Under the pieces are notes generated by a model, which worked only from the letters and a program-made list of their open reading frames with translations, had not been told where the DNA came from and made no database searches. 64,000 nt of DNA from Candidatus Parcubacteria bacterium. Lineage in GTDB: Bacteria; Patescibacteriota; Minisyncoccia; Phycocordibacterales; JAKAEA01. The stretch spans positions 763 through 64,762 of the forward strand of contig JAIFWI010000002.1 of NCBI GenBank assembly GCA_019661945.1, read 5' to 3'. How positions within the stretch are numbered: the first letter of the stretch is position 1; every line of letters begins with the position of its first letter. A program made the position numbers and the translations under genes. Positions 9,357-21,616 of this stretch are shown here, piece after piece.

Positions 9357-10420
9357 ATCAAGGTGCATATAAAAAAGTAGTAGATGATCTTATTGATGTT
9401 ATCGTAAAGGAAGATGGTTCGGACCTTCACTTGTCTGAAGGACGAAGTCCGGCCGTTCGTGTATCAGGTAGTCTGGTGCTTCTCGATAAATTTCCAGCTT
9501 TTAGTCAGGATGATATGCATGGCATATTGGATCATTTAATGACTCCTGAAAGTAAGCAGATGTTTATCCAAAATAAAGAAGTAGATTTTTCATATTCACA
9601 TCAAGACACGCGTTTTCGAGGTAATGGTTTCTATCGACAGGGCATGATCGGTATAGCTCTGCGTCTTATTCCGCACAAGATTAAAACGTTGGCAGAGTTA
9701 AATCTGCCGCAAATTCTTGAAACATTTACCCGCAAAACCCAGGGTTTTTTCCTGGTTGTCGGACCGGTAGGTCAGGGTAAGTCTACAACCTTGGCCGCTA
9801 TGATTGAACTGGTTAATCAAGAGCGTCTTGAACATATTCTGACTATTGAAGATCCGATTGAATATATTTATGAGCCAAAGAAGTCAATCATTGATCAGCG
9901 TGAAATTCGGATTGATACTCGGGATTTTCACACAGCACTTTTCTCAATGTTCCGACAAGATATTAATGTCTGTCTAGTTGGGGAAATGCGTGACCCCGAG
10001 ACGATCGCAACGGCAGTGACCGCGGCTGAAACGGGCCACCTTGTTTTTTCAACTTTGCACACCAATAACGCTTCTCAAACAATTGATCGTATTATTGACT
10101 CCTTCCCAGCCGATCAGCAGTCTCAAATTCGTATGCAATTGGCCGGAAGCTTAACAGGAATTTTTTCCCAACGCTTGATACCGAGAATTTCAGGCGGACT
10201 TATTCCAGCCTATGAGCTTCTCATTAATAATAGTGCTGTTGCAAACCTTATTCGTGAACGCCGTACGCATGAGCTCAATAGTGTCATTGAAACCGGTTCT
10301 CAACTTGGAATGATTGATCTTAATCGTTCTTTAGCGGAATTGGTTAAGGCCGGGGAGATAAGCGTTGAAAATGCCTACCGATATTCATTGAATCCGAAAG
10401 TCTTGGAGAAAATGTTATAA
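9353..10420 (+). CDS. pilT: Twitching motility retraction ATPase PilT
   Basis: 355 aa; Walker A GPVGQGKSTT; PilT family motifs. Confidence 0.9.
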   Translation: MNQGAYKKVVDDLIDVIVKEDGSDLHLSEGRSPAVRVSGSLVLLDKFPAFSQDDMHGILDHLMTPESKQMFIQNKEVDFSYSHQDTRFRGNGFYRQGMIGIALRLIPHKIKTLAELNLPQILETFTRKTQGFFLVVGPVGQGKSTTLAAMIELVNQERLEHILTIEDPIEYIYEPKKSIIDQREIRIDTRDFHTALFSMFRQDINVCLVGEMRDPETIATAVTAAETGHLVFSTLHTNNASQTIDRIIDSFPADQQSQIRMQLAGSLTGIFSQRLIPRISGGLIPAYELLINNSAVANLIRERRTHELNSVIETGSQLGMIDLNRSLAELVKAGEISVENAYRYSLNPKVLEKML

Positions 10421-10439
10421 AGTAAGTGACGAGGCGCGT

Positions 10440-11654
10440 ATGTTATTTAACTACAAAGCAATTGATACAACAGGTGCGTCACGTGAAGGCGCAATCGAAG
10501 CAGTCACCGTTGATGTGGCCATTAATTCTCTTCAGCGAAGAGGCTTAATTATCTCATCGATTAAATCTGCCGAAGAGGCTCTGCCCCTTCTTCAAAGAGG
10601 ATTAAGTTTCTCCTTTCTTAAACGTGTCAGCAATAAAGACATCGTTATTCTCTCACGCCAATTGGCTATTCTTTTTGAAGCTCAAGTTTCAGCTTTGAGA
10701 ATATTTCGATTGATTGCAGCCGAAATCGAGAACCCCATTCTTCAGAAAAGTTTGCTGACGGTTGCGGAAGATATTCAAGGTGGTAGTTCGATTTCTCGGG
10801 CTATGCAAAAACATCCGAAAGTATTTTCAGATTTTTATGTCAACATGGTTAGATCAGGAGAGGAATCTGGAAAGCTTAATGAAATATTCGGTTATCTTGC
10901 AGATTATCTTGATCGAAGTTACGAAGTGACATCAAAAGCTCGTAATGCCTTAATTTATCCGGCTTTCGTCATTACCATTTTCTTTGCGGTTATGGCCTTA
11001 ATGTTTACGGTCATTATTCCTAAAATTGCCGCTATTATTCTTCAATCTGAGCAGAAAGTTCCATTTTATACCCAAGTTGTACTCTCGATTTCTGCTTTTA
11101 TGGTTAATTATTGGTGGCTGATTCCTATTATTCTCGGCGGCGGCGGTTTCGCTCTCTATCAATACTTTAAAACTGAAAAGGGAATGGAGACGATGGACTC
11201 TTTGAAACTCAATGTTCCTTATATTGGAACACTTTTTCACAAATTATATTTATCACGCTTGACCGACAATATGCACACTATGCTTGTTTCCGGTATTCCT
11301 ATGGTTAAAAGTCTAGAGATTACCTCAGCGGTTGTTGGTAATAGAGTGTATCAAAGAATTCTTGATGCATCAGTTGAAGGTGTACGTGCCGGCAGCTCAC
11401 TTTCAGATGCTATGGCCCGCTATCACGAAATCCCAGGTATTATTATTCAAATGATTAAGGTTGGTGAAGAATCCGGAGAACTCGGCAATATCTTAAAGAC
11501 AATGGCTAAATTTTATCAGCGAGAAGTGATGAATGCCGTCGACACGCTTGTCGATCTTATCGAACCGGTGATGATTGTAACACTTGGTCTTGGTGTCGGT
11601 ATTCTCTTGGCATCAGTCCTTATGCCTATCTACAACTTGGCAAGCGGGTTTTAA
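10440..11654 (+). CDS. pilC: Type IV pilus platform protein PilC (GspF family)
   Basis: 404 aa; two GspF repeats; polytopic. Confidence 0.9.
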   Translation: MLFNYKAIDTTGASREGAIEAVTVDVAINSLQRRGLIISSIKSAEEALPLLQRGLSFSFLKRVSNKDIVILSRQLAILFEAQVSALRIFRLIAAEIENPILQKSLLTVAEDIQGGSSISRAMQKHPKVFSDFYVNMVRSGEESGKLNEIFGYLADYLDRSYEVTSKARNALIYPAFVITIFFAVMALMFTVIIPKIAAIILQSEQKVPFYTQVVLSISAFMVNYWWLIPIILGGGGFALYQYFKTEKGMETMDSLKLNVPYIGTLFHKLYLSRLTDNMHTMLVSGIPMVKSLEITSAVVGNRVYQRILDASVEGVRAGSSLSDAMARYHEIPGIIIQMIKVGEESGELGNILKTMAKFYQREVMNAVDTLVDLIEPVMIVTLGLGVGILLASVLMPIYNLASGF

Positions 11655-11701
11655 CACCCCTCCTGCTTTGCAGTGCTCCCCTCAAGGGGAGAATGATAAA
11701 A
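11655..11701. terminator. Convergent terminator region with two short GC hairpins (ctcccc tcaa ggggag; ctccct ttga agggag)
   Basis: Read directly between convergent pilC and the DUF559 gene. Confidence 0.4.
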
Positions 11702-12088
11702 TCAATCTCCCTTTGAAGGGAGTGGCCGCAGGCCGAGGGATGTTGTTGCTTTATTGATTTTTCCTATAACATTATCTATATCTTTTTCAACCTGATTATT
11801 ACTAAATCTCAAAAAAGTAATGCCAAAAGATTCTAATTGTCCTTGTCTGAATGTATCCGCTTCTATTTTTAATCTGTGAATTTGTCCATCAACTTCAATT
11901 GCTAGCTTTAATTCTTTACAATAAAAATCTAGAATGTAATTCCCAATGGGTTTTTGACGTAAAAACTGATATCCTCGAATCTGTTTACCTTTTAACCTAT
12001 TCCAGAGCAATACCTCGGCCAAGGTACTGTTCTTTCGAAGCTCTCGTGAATGCTCTTTGAGCTTGTGATTATATGGAATTATGTCCAT
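11702..12088 (-). CDS. DUF559 / Vsr-like endonuclease domain protein
   Basis: 128 aa; motifs LWNRLK, FDFY..., AIEVDG..H typical of DUF559. Confidence 0.7.
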   Translation of the reverse strand: MDIIPYNHKLKEHSRELRKNSTLAEVLLWNRLKGKQIRGYQFLRQKPIGNYILDFYCKELKLAIEVDGQIHRLKIEADTFRQGQLESFGITFLRFSNNQVEKDIDNVIGKINKATTSLGLRPLPSKGD

Positions 12089-12128
12089 TAATATAGAGTA
12101 ACAATGATATATGAAATATTTCTAAAAA

Positions 12129-12161
12129 TCCCCCTTAGAAGGGGGCAACCGCTTCAGGCGG
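12129..12161. repeat. Two small GC hairpins (ccccctt ag aaggggg; ccgc ttcag gcgg) upstream of the DUF559 gene, resembling the downstream pair
   Basis: Read directly. Confidence 0.3.
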
Positions 12162-12263
12162 AGGGGATGTTCTTAAATTACTTATCCACATACCCTCCTT
12201 CTCCAGCAGAGCCTGCTAGACTATAATAAGAACATTAGTCACACGACTTATCCGTCTACCTTC

Positions 12264-12275
12264 GCCACGTGGCGA
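12264..12275. promoter_or_regulatory. Perfect 12-bp palindrome cgccacgtggcg about 45 nt upstream of the major pilin start; candidate regulator binding site
   Basis: Read directly. Confidence 0.3.
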
Positions 12276-12320
12276 ACGGCGGAAGCGGACGGTCGATTTA
12301 AATAAGTAATTATAATTATA

Positions 12321-12809
12321 ATGAAAAATATACGAAAAGGTTTCACTTTGATCGAGTTGCTGGTTGTTATCGCCATCATTGGTATTCTGTCTGCAGTCGT
12401 TTTGGCTTCTTTGAACAACGCTCGAGATAAGGGATCAAATGCGGCTATTAAATCAACAGTTAATAATGCTCGCGCACAAGCAGAGCTTTACTATGATAGT
12501 AACCTTCAGTCATATGGTGCTGTTTGTAACAACGGAGCATTAGCTGGTGGTGTGAAAGGTATCTACGATATGAAACTCGGTGCTTCAAACGCCGGTGGTG
12601 GTGTCATTGGTACTGACGTAAAGTGTGCTGTAAGTTCTACCGGTGACGCTTGGGCATTGGAGTCAAAATTGAAAGGAACACCTACAACATATTATTGTGT
12701 TGATTCAACAGGTAATGCTACAACAACCACGGCCACAGGTATTGGTGATGGTACTTTGGGAGCAGGTCCAGCAATAACTGCTAATGCAATTTGTAGCCCG
12801 ATCATCTAG
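12321..12809 (+). CDS. pilA: Type IV major pilin (prepilin with N-terminal methylation motif)
   Basis: MKNIRKGFTLIELLVVIAIIGILSA... class III signal peptide; C-terminal Cys pair. Confidence 0.85.
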   Translation: MKNIRKGFTLIELLVVIAIIGILSAVVLASLNNARDKGSNAAIKSTVNNARAQAELYYDSNLQSYGAVCNNGALAGGVKGIYDMKLGASNAGGGVIGTDVKCAVSSTGDAWALESKLKGTPTTYYCVDSTGNATTTTATGIGDGTLGAGPAITANAICSPII

Positions 12810-12846
12810 TCTCAGTTTGGTAGTACGGTGATATGTTACCGTAAGT

Positions 12847-12875
12847 AAAAATCCCCAGATTGGGGATTTTTACTT
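12847..12875 (+). terminator. Rho-independent terminator (aaaaatcccca gat tggggatttt)
   Basis: Perfect 11-bp stem plus T-tract. Confidence 0.7.
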
Positions 12876-12909
12876 GGTTTCTTTGTTTTCTTTCTGATAT
12901 ACTTGAGGT

Positions 12910-13359
12910 ATGAAAAGAGGCTTTACCTTGATTGAATTGCTCGTAGTTATTGCTGTTATTGGTGTTCTCTCTGCTACTGTTTTAGCTTCTCTTAACAATG
13001 CTCGAGAAAAAGGATCCAATGCAGCTATTAAATCAAGTATTAATAATGCTCGTTCTCAGGCTGAGCTATACTACGCCGATAATACTTTGAGTTATCTTAA
13101 TGTCTGTAACACTGGGGTTTTGGCAGGCGGTTTAACAAAAGGCATTTATGATTTGGCTCTGAACGCCGCAAGTTCCAATGGTGGAGTTGTCGGTACGGAT
13201 GTACTGTGCGCTTCAGATGCAAATACTTGGGCTCTTACTGCACGACTGAGGGGTACGCCTATTAATTGGTACTGTGTCGATTCGACAGGTGTTGCTACAA
13301 CATCGATCATAGCTAATGATGTCGCGGCCGGTGCCGACTATACTTGTGCGGTTGATTGA
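12910..13359 (+). CDS. Type IV pilin paralog
   Basis: MKRGFTLIELLVVIAVIGVLSA...; N-terminal half highly similar to the upstream pilin. Confidence 0.85.
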   Translation: MKRGFTLIELLVVIAVIGVLSATVLASLNNAREKGSNAAIKSSINNARSQAELYYADNTLSYLNVCNTGVLAGGLTKGIYDLALNAASSNGGVVGTDVLCASDANTWALTARLRGTPINWYCVDSTGVATTSIIANDVAAGADYTCAVD

Positions 13360-14180
13360 TACTCGTAATGATTTATCTCTTCGGGATTTTTCTTTTTATT
13401 CTTGGCACAACTATCGGTAGTTTTTTAAACGTCGTTATATATCGATACAATACCGGTATGGGGGTGAATGGGCGGTCCCAATGTTTTTCCTGTGGTAAAA
13501 CGCTGCAATGGTATGAACTTATTCCGCTGTTTAGTTTTATCTTCTTGAGAGGGAGGTGCGGTCAATGCCAAAGTAAAATCTCCTGGCAGTATCCTTTAGT
13601 TGAGTTAACGACGGGTTTAGTATTTCTACTGTTTTTTTTGAAAATAGTCGGTACCCAAATTGTCACACCTGCATTAATAGGTCTTTTACTGTATTCTTTA
13701 GTCATAGCCAGCATTTTTATTGTTATCTTTGTATACGATCTCAAACATAAAATTATTCCTGATGGTTTAGTTATTGCCTTGAGTGTCTTCGCTCTTATAA
13801 GTCTCTTTGTTACTCCGGAATTTACCTTTCAAAGGCCAAGCATTTTAGCCATTCTGGCCGGACCGATATTAGCAGCGCCTTTTGCCCTCCTGTGGCTTAT
13901 GTCACGAGGACGCTGGATGGGCCTTGGAGACGCGAAGCTTGTACTTCCTATGGGCTGGTTTTTAGGCCTTACATATGGTTTTTCAGCAATTATCATCGCT
14001 TTTTGGATTGGGGCGATAATTGGTGTGGGGCTTATCCTCTTGTCAGGGAAGCTCGGCGCTATTACAATGAAGAGTGAAATTCCATTTGCGCCATTTCTTA
14101 TCATTGGCTTCCTGCTTGTCTATTTTTTGGGACTTAACGTTTTTAACCTCAGTACATTCTGGGGAATATACTATCTATGA
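13356..14180 (+). CDS. pilD: Prepilin peptidase PilD (A24 family)
   Basis: 274 aa; CxxC...CxxC (CFSCGKT...CGQCQ), polytopic, catalytic Asp region. Confidence 0.9.
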   Translation: MILVMIYLFGIFLFILGTTIGSFLNVVIYRYNTGMGVNGRSQCFSCGKTLQWYELIPLFSFIFLRGRCGQCQSKISWQYPLVELTTGLVFLLFFLKIVGTQIVTPALIGLLLYSLVIASIFIVIFVYDLKHKIIPDGLVIALSVFALISLFVTPEFTFQRPSILAILAGPILAAPFALLWLMSRGRWMGLGDAKLVLPMGWFLGLTYGFSAIIIAFWIGAIIGVGLILLSGKLGAITMKSEIPFAPFLIIGFLLVYFLGLNVFNLSTFWGIYYL

Positions 14181-14767
14181 AACATATAAAAAGATTAAGA
14201 GCCGGATTTACGTTCGTTGAACTGATAGTCAGTGTCGCTATTATTTTGATTATTTCTTCTATTGTTCTTTTCCAGTACAAAGAATACAACAATGATGTAA
14301 CACTCAAAGGAATCTCCAATGAAATAGCATTAGCTCTCCGTGAGGCTCAGGTCTATGCTACAAGTGGTCGAGAGTTTAAGCCAAACACTAATGTATTTAA
14401 ACTCCAATATGTCCTGTTGTTCGACAAGGCCAACAAGAGCTATAGCTTGTACGGCGATGCTGACGGTGATGGGCAGGTTGTCGCTGATCAGGCAAGTGAG
14501 ATCTTAGTGAATTACACACTTCGACCGGGATATACGATGGACTTGTGTATGAAAAACACAGAAGAAGGGAACTGTATTAATGCCAATCAGACGACACTAT
14601 TTGTTGGATTTCCCTACAAAGATTTTCAGGCGACTATAAAGCAAAGTGATACAGTCCCTAATGATCCTTCTATAAAGTTTGCAGAAATTATCATCTACAA
14701 AATTGGCCAAACACCGCTTCAGGGCGTTTCAGTGCGTATTGAGTCCACAGGACTAATTGAAAATTAA
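14177..14767 (+). CDS. Minor pilin / pseudopilin
   Basis: N-terminus RAGFTFVELIVSVAIILII. Confidence 0.75.
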   Translation: MKHIKRLRAGFTFVELIVSVAIILIISSIVLFQYKEYNNDVTLKGISNEIALALREAQVYATSGREFKPNTNVFKLQYVLLFDKANKSYSLYGDADGDGQVVADQASEILVNYTLRPGYTMDLCMKNTEEGNCINANQTTLFVGFPYKDFQATIKQSDTVPNDPSIKFAEIIIYKIGQTPLQGVSVRIESTGLIEN

Positions 14768-14782
14768 ATTGTATACTTACTA

Positions 14783-15418
14783 TTGATGAGATCGTATATG
14801 AGTTCTCGATATAATAACAAAGGGTTTACGCTTGCAGAGGTTCTGGTAGCTCTGGCAATTTTTGGTTTTGTGGTTATCATGGGATCCGGTACACTTGTGG
14901 CTGTCTCGAATACAAATTACAGCGCTCAGGTATCCCGAAAGACAATTGATAATATTGATTTTATTCTTGATGACATAGTCCGTGAAGCCCGATTCGGCAA
15001 AGATTATCATTGTGAAATTACAGAAACGATCAACGATGCTACACCGAAAGATTGTGATAAGGGGCATCAATCATTTGCCCTAACTCGACTTGATAATGGA
15101 TACATTGTTAGATACGCCACCTCGAGTATTTCTCAGCCAGATGGCAGTAAAAGGTCTGCCCTTATGAAACAGGTAATAGATCCAAATAATCCAGCGCATC
15201 TTGACCCGAATCATCCTGATTATCCTAAAGCAATTCAAATTTCTGCAGATAATATAGATATTAAACACCTTCGTTTTTATGTGTCCGGTTCTGGTGTGTC
15301 TGATGGTTTGCCCGCACAGGTGCTTGTATCAATCCAGGCTGAATTAAAGAAAGGAAGTAAATATCAGACGAGTATTAATCTTCAAACCACGATTGCCCAG
15401 CGGGCATCAGATAATTGA
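14783..15418 (+). CDS. Minor pilin / pseudopilin
   Basis: N-terminus NKGFTLAEVLVALAIFGFVV; start could be 14783, 14786 or 14798. Confidence 0.75.
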   Translation: MMRSYMSSRYNNKGFTLAEVLVALAIFGFVVIMGSGTLVAVSNTNYSAQVSRKTIDNIDFILDDIVREARFGKDYHCEITETINDATPKDCDKGHQSFALTRLDNGYIVRYATSSISQPDGSKRSALMKQVIDPNNPAHLDPNHPDYPKAIQISADNIDIKHLRFYVSGSGVSDGLPAQVLVSIQAELKKGSKYQTSINLQTTIAQRASDN

Positions 15419-15419
15419 T

Positions 15420-16127
15420 ATGAGTACCACTATGCCTACAAAAAAGGGATTTACACTGATTGAAACACTTGTAGCTGTTACCGTCTTATCTATGGCTCTC
15501 ATTCCGCCGATTTATACTGCATATCAAAGTGTTATTGCTACAAACTTTGCCCGCGACCAGATGATTGCCAGCTACTTGGCTCAGGATGCCATGGATTATA
15601 TTATTGCTAAAAAGAATCAAAACATTATTGCTTGTACGAATGCTGGTGATGATGGAATTCAGGGCGGAGGGGGGATAAATGATGATGATAAGGGCCAAGA
15701 TAGTGTCAATGATTATCCTTGTGATGAATATGGTCAAGGTCTCGGCAGGGACTGGCTGGCTGATTTAGATTTGTGTAATGCTACCGGTGTAGCTAATGCC
15801 AATAAAAAATGTGTTGTTGATACAACCAGGGAAAAAGACCAGCCTTATGTATATACCTTTCTGCCTACCTGTGTTGATGGAACAAGTTCTGACTGTTATA
15901 TCTACTTCGACAAAGAACGCAATTTATATCGCCATAGTAATGTTATTACCGAAGTAACTAATCCGGCAAACAAACAACAAACAAAATTTAGACGATATGT
16001 TAGTTTCAAAACATTGTCCGGAGGCAATGAAGCTGCAGTAGCGGTCGTGGTGAAGTGGAAAGCTCAAGGATTTACTACCGATGACTCTGTTACGGTCAGG
16101 TCAAATATTTTTAATGTTAAACCATGA
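15420..16127 (+). CDS. Minor pilin / pseudopilin
   Basis: N-terminus KKGFTLIETLVAVTVLSMAL; start chosen after the upstream stop. Confidence 0.7.
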   Translation: MSTTMPTKKGFTLIETLVAVTVLSMALIPPIYTAYQSVIATNFARDQMIASYLAQDAMDYIIAKKNQNIIACTNAGDDGIQGGGGINDDDKGQDSVNDYPCDEYGQGLGRDWLADLDLCNATGVANANKKCVVDTTREKDQPYVYTFLPTCVDGTSSDCYIYFDKERNLYRHSNVITEVTNPANKQQTKFRRYVSFKTLSGGNEAAVAVVVKWKAQGFTTDDSVTVRSNIFNVKP

Positions 16128-17704
16128 TGTCGACATACTCCAAAAATACCAATAAAGGCTTCACACTCTTTTTTGCCATTATTGTCATTAGTATTGTCCT
16201 TTCAATCGGCATTTCACTTTCATTAATTGCTCTTAAAGAAACTTCTCTAGCTGCAATTCGTCGAGAATCACAACTTGCATATTATGCTTCAGAATCAGGT
16301 ACCTCATGCGCTCTGTATTGGATTCTTAACGAATTTAGGACAAATGCTACACCATCAAGTATAGGTATGACCTGTAATGGTGCGCCGCTACAATCAGTTG
16401 GTAATAGTGGCACATATGTATTTGATTATGCCGGTGCAGGTGAAGTTCCTCCATTTCCCTATGAATCAGAAGTGCGGCTGACTGGCGGAGGCTCTACATG
16501 GGAAATTGAGTCCGAAGGACGTAACCGGACCGGTAATGTCGCTATTAAAACTCAACGAAGCCAAAGGACGCGAGTTTCTCCAGGTACTGTCGGACAGGCG
16601 AATGACATTATCTTTGCTATTGATCACTCAGGTAGTATTTGCCAAGCTCTCTGGCCAGATAATAATGCATTTGTTGGTGATGAAACCACACCAGATGGAC
16701 TTGTGGGAGTACCTAGAAGTATTTTTGCATATAATGACGGTCATTACCGTTATGAATTGGAACGTCGAAACTGTAATCAGCATAAAGCTATGCGCAGTTC
16801 TGCTTTGTGGCTCTTAGATAATCTTAATCCCGATCCAACTAATGTTACGAACGGCAACCGAGTTGGAATTATTACATTTGCCGGTGTTGGACAGCTCAAT
16901 GGTAGTCACAGTGCCGCTAAAGTAGCGGAACAATACTACTATGCACCAACCTTTGGCCAGCCAAAAATTCAAACTCACCTTGATGCTGCAGAAATAACGA
17001 GCAAAAATACAATTGAACAAGATGCAAGTAATTTCTTACAGATTTCATATGGTGATGGTACCAATATTACCGATACAATTGAGCTCGCAATATGTGAATT
17101 TACCGGCAAAAAGCTTAATGCTGCGAGCTATACTTCACCATGTACCACAAATGATATTGATGGTACTGGTAGTACTCATGATCGGCTTAATAATGGACCA
17201 CTATACGATAATCCACCCGTCGATATCAATTATCCGGACTCGCTCATTATTTTCACTGATGGAGGTCAAAATGTTTTGAAAGAGGGAAGCAATAGACGAT
17301 TCTTGTTGAATAATCAAGTGCAGAATGAATGCGATACATCATGGCAGCAGCTTGTTGATAAAGCAGCCGAGGCAAAGGCTCTGGGTATAAAAATATATGT
17401 TGTGGCTGTGGGTGATGTTATCAATGATTATGGCTGTTGGGATTCACGAGATAATGGCCGACAACTTCAGGCATCATTAAATGATGATTATGGTAATAGG
17501 ATTATCAAAGATATATTTAAAACCGAAATTGCCTCGCCTGAGACCGTTGATGCAGATGGTAAGACCAAAAAGTATTTTTACTTTGTTAGTGAATACTGTG
17601 AACAAAATCCAACCGTTCCTTCCGACTGCAAGGATGATCAACTCCGCAATACTTTTAGCGAAATCGTTAAAACATCCGGATTGGTTATAACTGTTCTCGA
17701 GTAA
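16124..17704 (+). CDS. Large PilX-like minor pilin with a C-terminal vWA-like domain
   Basis: N-terminus NKGFTLFFAIIVISIVL; later DxSxS (DHSGS) MIDAS-like motif and DGGQN; 526 aa. Confidence 0.65.
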   Translation: MMSTYSKNTNKGFTLFFAIIVISIVLSIGISLSLIALKETSLAAIRRESQLAYYASESGTSCALYWILNEFRTNATPSSIGMTCNGAPLQSVGNSGTYVFDYAGAGEVPPFPYESEVRLTGGGSTWEIESEGRNRTGNVAIKTQRSQRTRVSPGTVGQANDIIFAIDHSGSICQALWPDNNAFVGDETTPDGLVGVPRSIFAYNDGHYRYELERRNCNQHKAMRSSALWLLDNLNPDPTNVTNGNRVGIITFAGVGQLNGSHSAAKVAEQYYYAPTFGQPKIQTHLDAAEITSKNTIEQDASNFLQISYGDGTNITDTIELAICEFTGKKLNAASYTSPCTTNDIDGTGSTHDRLNNGPLYDNPPVDINYPDSLIIFTDGGQNVLKEGSNRRFLLNNQVQNECDTSWQQLVDKAAEAKALGIKIYVVAVGDVINDYGCWDSRDNGRQLQASLNDDYGNRIIKDIFKTEIASPETVDADGKTKKYFYFVSEYCEQNPTVPSDCKDDQLRNTFSEIVKTSGLVITVLE

Positions 17705-17749
17705 GCCACTTCTCTAAGTAAGTCTTGTATAATTTTACGTGCATAGTAG

Positions 17750-19777
<2,028 letters not shown>

Positions 19778-19792
19778 TGCTAGTATACCCTT

Positions 19793-20074
19793 ATGATTTC
19801 TGTTGAAGAGATTCGAAAATTAGCGAGCTTAGCTCGGATTAAGCTTACAAAAGATGAAGAAGAGAAACTTTCCAAGGATATGGGAAATATTTTGGCCTAT
19901 ATTGAGCAAATTCAGGAAGTATCGGCTACAGTAGAGGAGTCAGAAAAGCCTTTGCTTCGCAATGTTATGAGAGATGATGCTGAGCCGCATCAGGCGGGAA
20001 TTCACACTGAAGCATTATTAGCCGAGGCACCAAAGCGGGAGGAAAATTATGTGAAGGTGAAGAAAATTCTATAG
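19793..20074 (+). CDS. gatC: Glu/Asp-tRNA amidotransferase subunit C
   Basis: 93 aa; typical GatC N-terminus ISVEEIRKLASLARIKL. Confidence 0.9.
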   Translation: MISVEEIRKLASLARIKLTKDEEEKLSKDMGNILAYIEQIQEVSATVEESEKPLLRNVMRDDAEPHQAGIHTEALLAEAPKREENYVKVKKIL

Positions 20075-20173
20075 TGAAATGATTAAATAAAAATTTCAAT
20101 GGTCTGGCCCGCGCAGACGGGAGATCCGAGGACCTTGAAATTTATATTTAATCATGAAACTATCATTCCACTT

Positions 20174-21589
20174 ATGATTGATTTGAAAAATCTGACAATA
20201 AAAAAAGCCCATGAGCACCTGGTCAAAGGTGATTTTTCGGCACTGGAATTGGCTAATGCCTACAAAGCTGAGGCAGTAAAACGAAATCCTGAAATAAATG
20301 CTTATCTCGAAATTTTTTCTGACATTGATGAACAGGCCAAAGCGGCTGACGATCGGATTAAAGCAGGAAAAGCAGACATGCTCACCGGCATTCCATTTGC
20401 TATTAAAGATATAATTCTCATCAAAGGCCGAATCGCCTCAGGTGCTTCAAAAATTTTGGAAAACTATCGAGCAACGTATGATGCAACCGTTATTAAAAAA
20501 CTAAAAGACGCCGGAGTAGTTTTCCTAGGCCGGACAAACATGGACGAATTTGCCATGGGCGGTTCAAATGAAAACTCGGCATTTGGTCCAGTTAAAAATC
20601 CCCATGATACTTCACGGGTGCCGGGCGGTTCATCTGGAGGCAGTGCTGCCGCCGTGGCCATGGATGCAACCTTAGCGGCGCTAGGTACCGACACCGGTGG
20701 TTCAATTCGCGAACCAGCAAGTTTCTGCGGAGTAGTTGGACTTAAACCGACATATGGCGCAGTCTCACGCTTCGGCGTCATGGCTATGACCTCATCGCTT
20801 GATCAAGTTGGACCTTTGGCTAAAACGGTTGAAGATGCAGAAATTATTTTCAATACCATTAAAGGCCGTGATCCTATGGATTCGACATCATTTGAAATGA
20901 ACGAAACTCGGCCGGAGAAAAAAGTGATTGGTGTACCCTTTGATATTTTGAAAGAGGGAATTGATAAAGATGTTTTAGAAAATTTTAATGCCTCACTCGA
21001 AGTATATAAAAAGCAGGGATACACTATTAAAGATATTGATTTACCGATGATGAAATATTCTTTGGCTGTGTACTATGTTATTGTGCCCGCAGAAGTTTCA
21101 TCAAATACTGCTCGATATGACGGCGTAAAATATGGTCTCCATGTAGATGGTAAAGATTTGCCCGACGATTATCTTTCAACTCGGGCTCAAGGTTTTGGCC
21201 CAGAAGTTCGCCGAAGAATTATGCTCGGTACCTATGTTTTATCACAAGGATATTATGATGCCTACTACAGTAAAGCTCTCAAAGTAAAAAAACTGATTAC
21301 GGCAGATTTTAATAAAGCTTTTCAAGAAGTTGACGCTATTATGATGCCTGTTTCACCGACACCGGCCTTTAAAATAGGAGAAAAGACGGCTGATCCAATT
21401 TCGATGTATTTAGCTGATATTTTTACTGTGCCGGCAAACTTAGCCGGTATTCCAGCCATTTCAGTTCCAAGTGGTACCGTCAATCGAGACGGCAAAGCAT
21501 TGCCGGTTGGTCTTCAAATTATTGCTCCGGCATTTGCCGAACAAGTTCTCTTCGATCTTGGAAAGAAATTTGAACAGTCTCGATTATAG
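20174..21589 (+). CDS. gatA: Glu/Asp-tRNA amidotransferase subunit A (amidase signature)
   Basis: GGSSGGSAAAVA amidase signature; start placed at MIDLKNL rather than the track start at 20099. Confidence 0.9.
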   Translation: MIDLKNLTIKKAHEHLVKGDFSALELANAYKAEAVKRNPEINAYLEIFSDIDEQAKAADDRIKAGKADMLTGIPFAIKDIILIKGRIASGASKILENYRATYDATVIKKLKDAGVVFLGRTNMDEFAMGGSNENSAFGPVKNPHDTSRVPGGSSGGSAAAVAMDATLAALGTDTGGSIREPASFCGVVGLKPTYGAVSRFGVMAMTSSLDQVGPLAKTVEDAEIIFNTIKGRDPMDSTSFEMNETRPEKKVIGVPFDILKEGIDKDVLENFNASLEVYKKQGYTIKDIDLPMMKYSLAVYYVIVPAEVSSNTARYDGVKYGLHVDGKDLPDDYLSTRAQGFGPEVRRRIMLGTYVLSQGYYDAYYSKALKVKKLITADFNKAFQEVDAIMMPVSPTPAFKIGEKTADPISMYLADIFTVPANLAGIPAISVPSGTVNRDGKALPVGLQIIAPAFAEQVLFDLGKKFEQSRL

Positions 21590-21616
21590 AACTCTTCTTT
21601 AGTATAATAAAGGGAA

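Noticed and set aside
12230-12320. Sigma-54 promoter upstream of the pilin gene
   Set aside because: tggcga-N-ggaagc does not match the GG-N10-GC spacing/consensus
20099-20173. Upstream extension of gatA (MVWPAQTGDPRTLKFIFNHETIIPL)
   Set aside because: The sequence is not GatA-like; the conserved N-terminus begins at MIDLKNL (20174)
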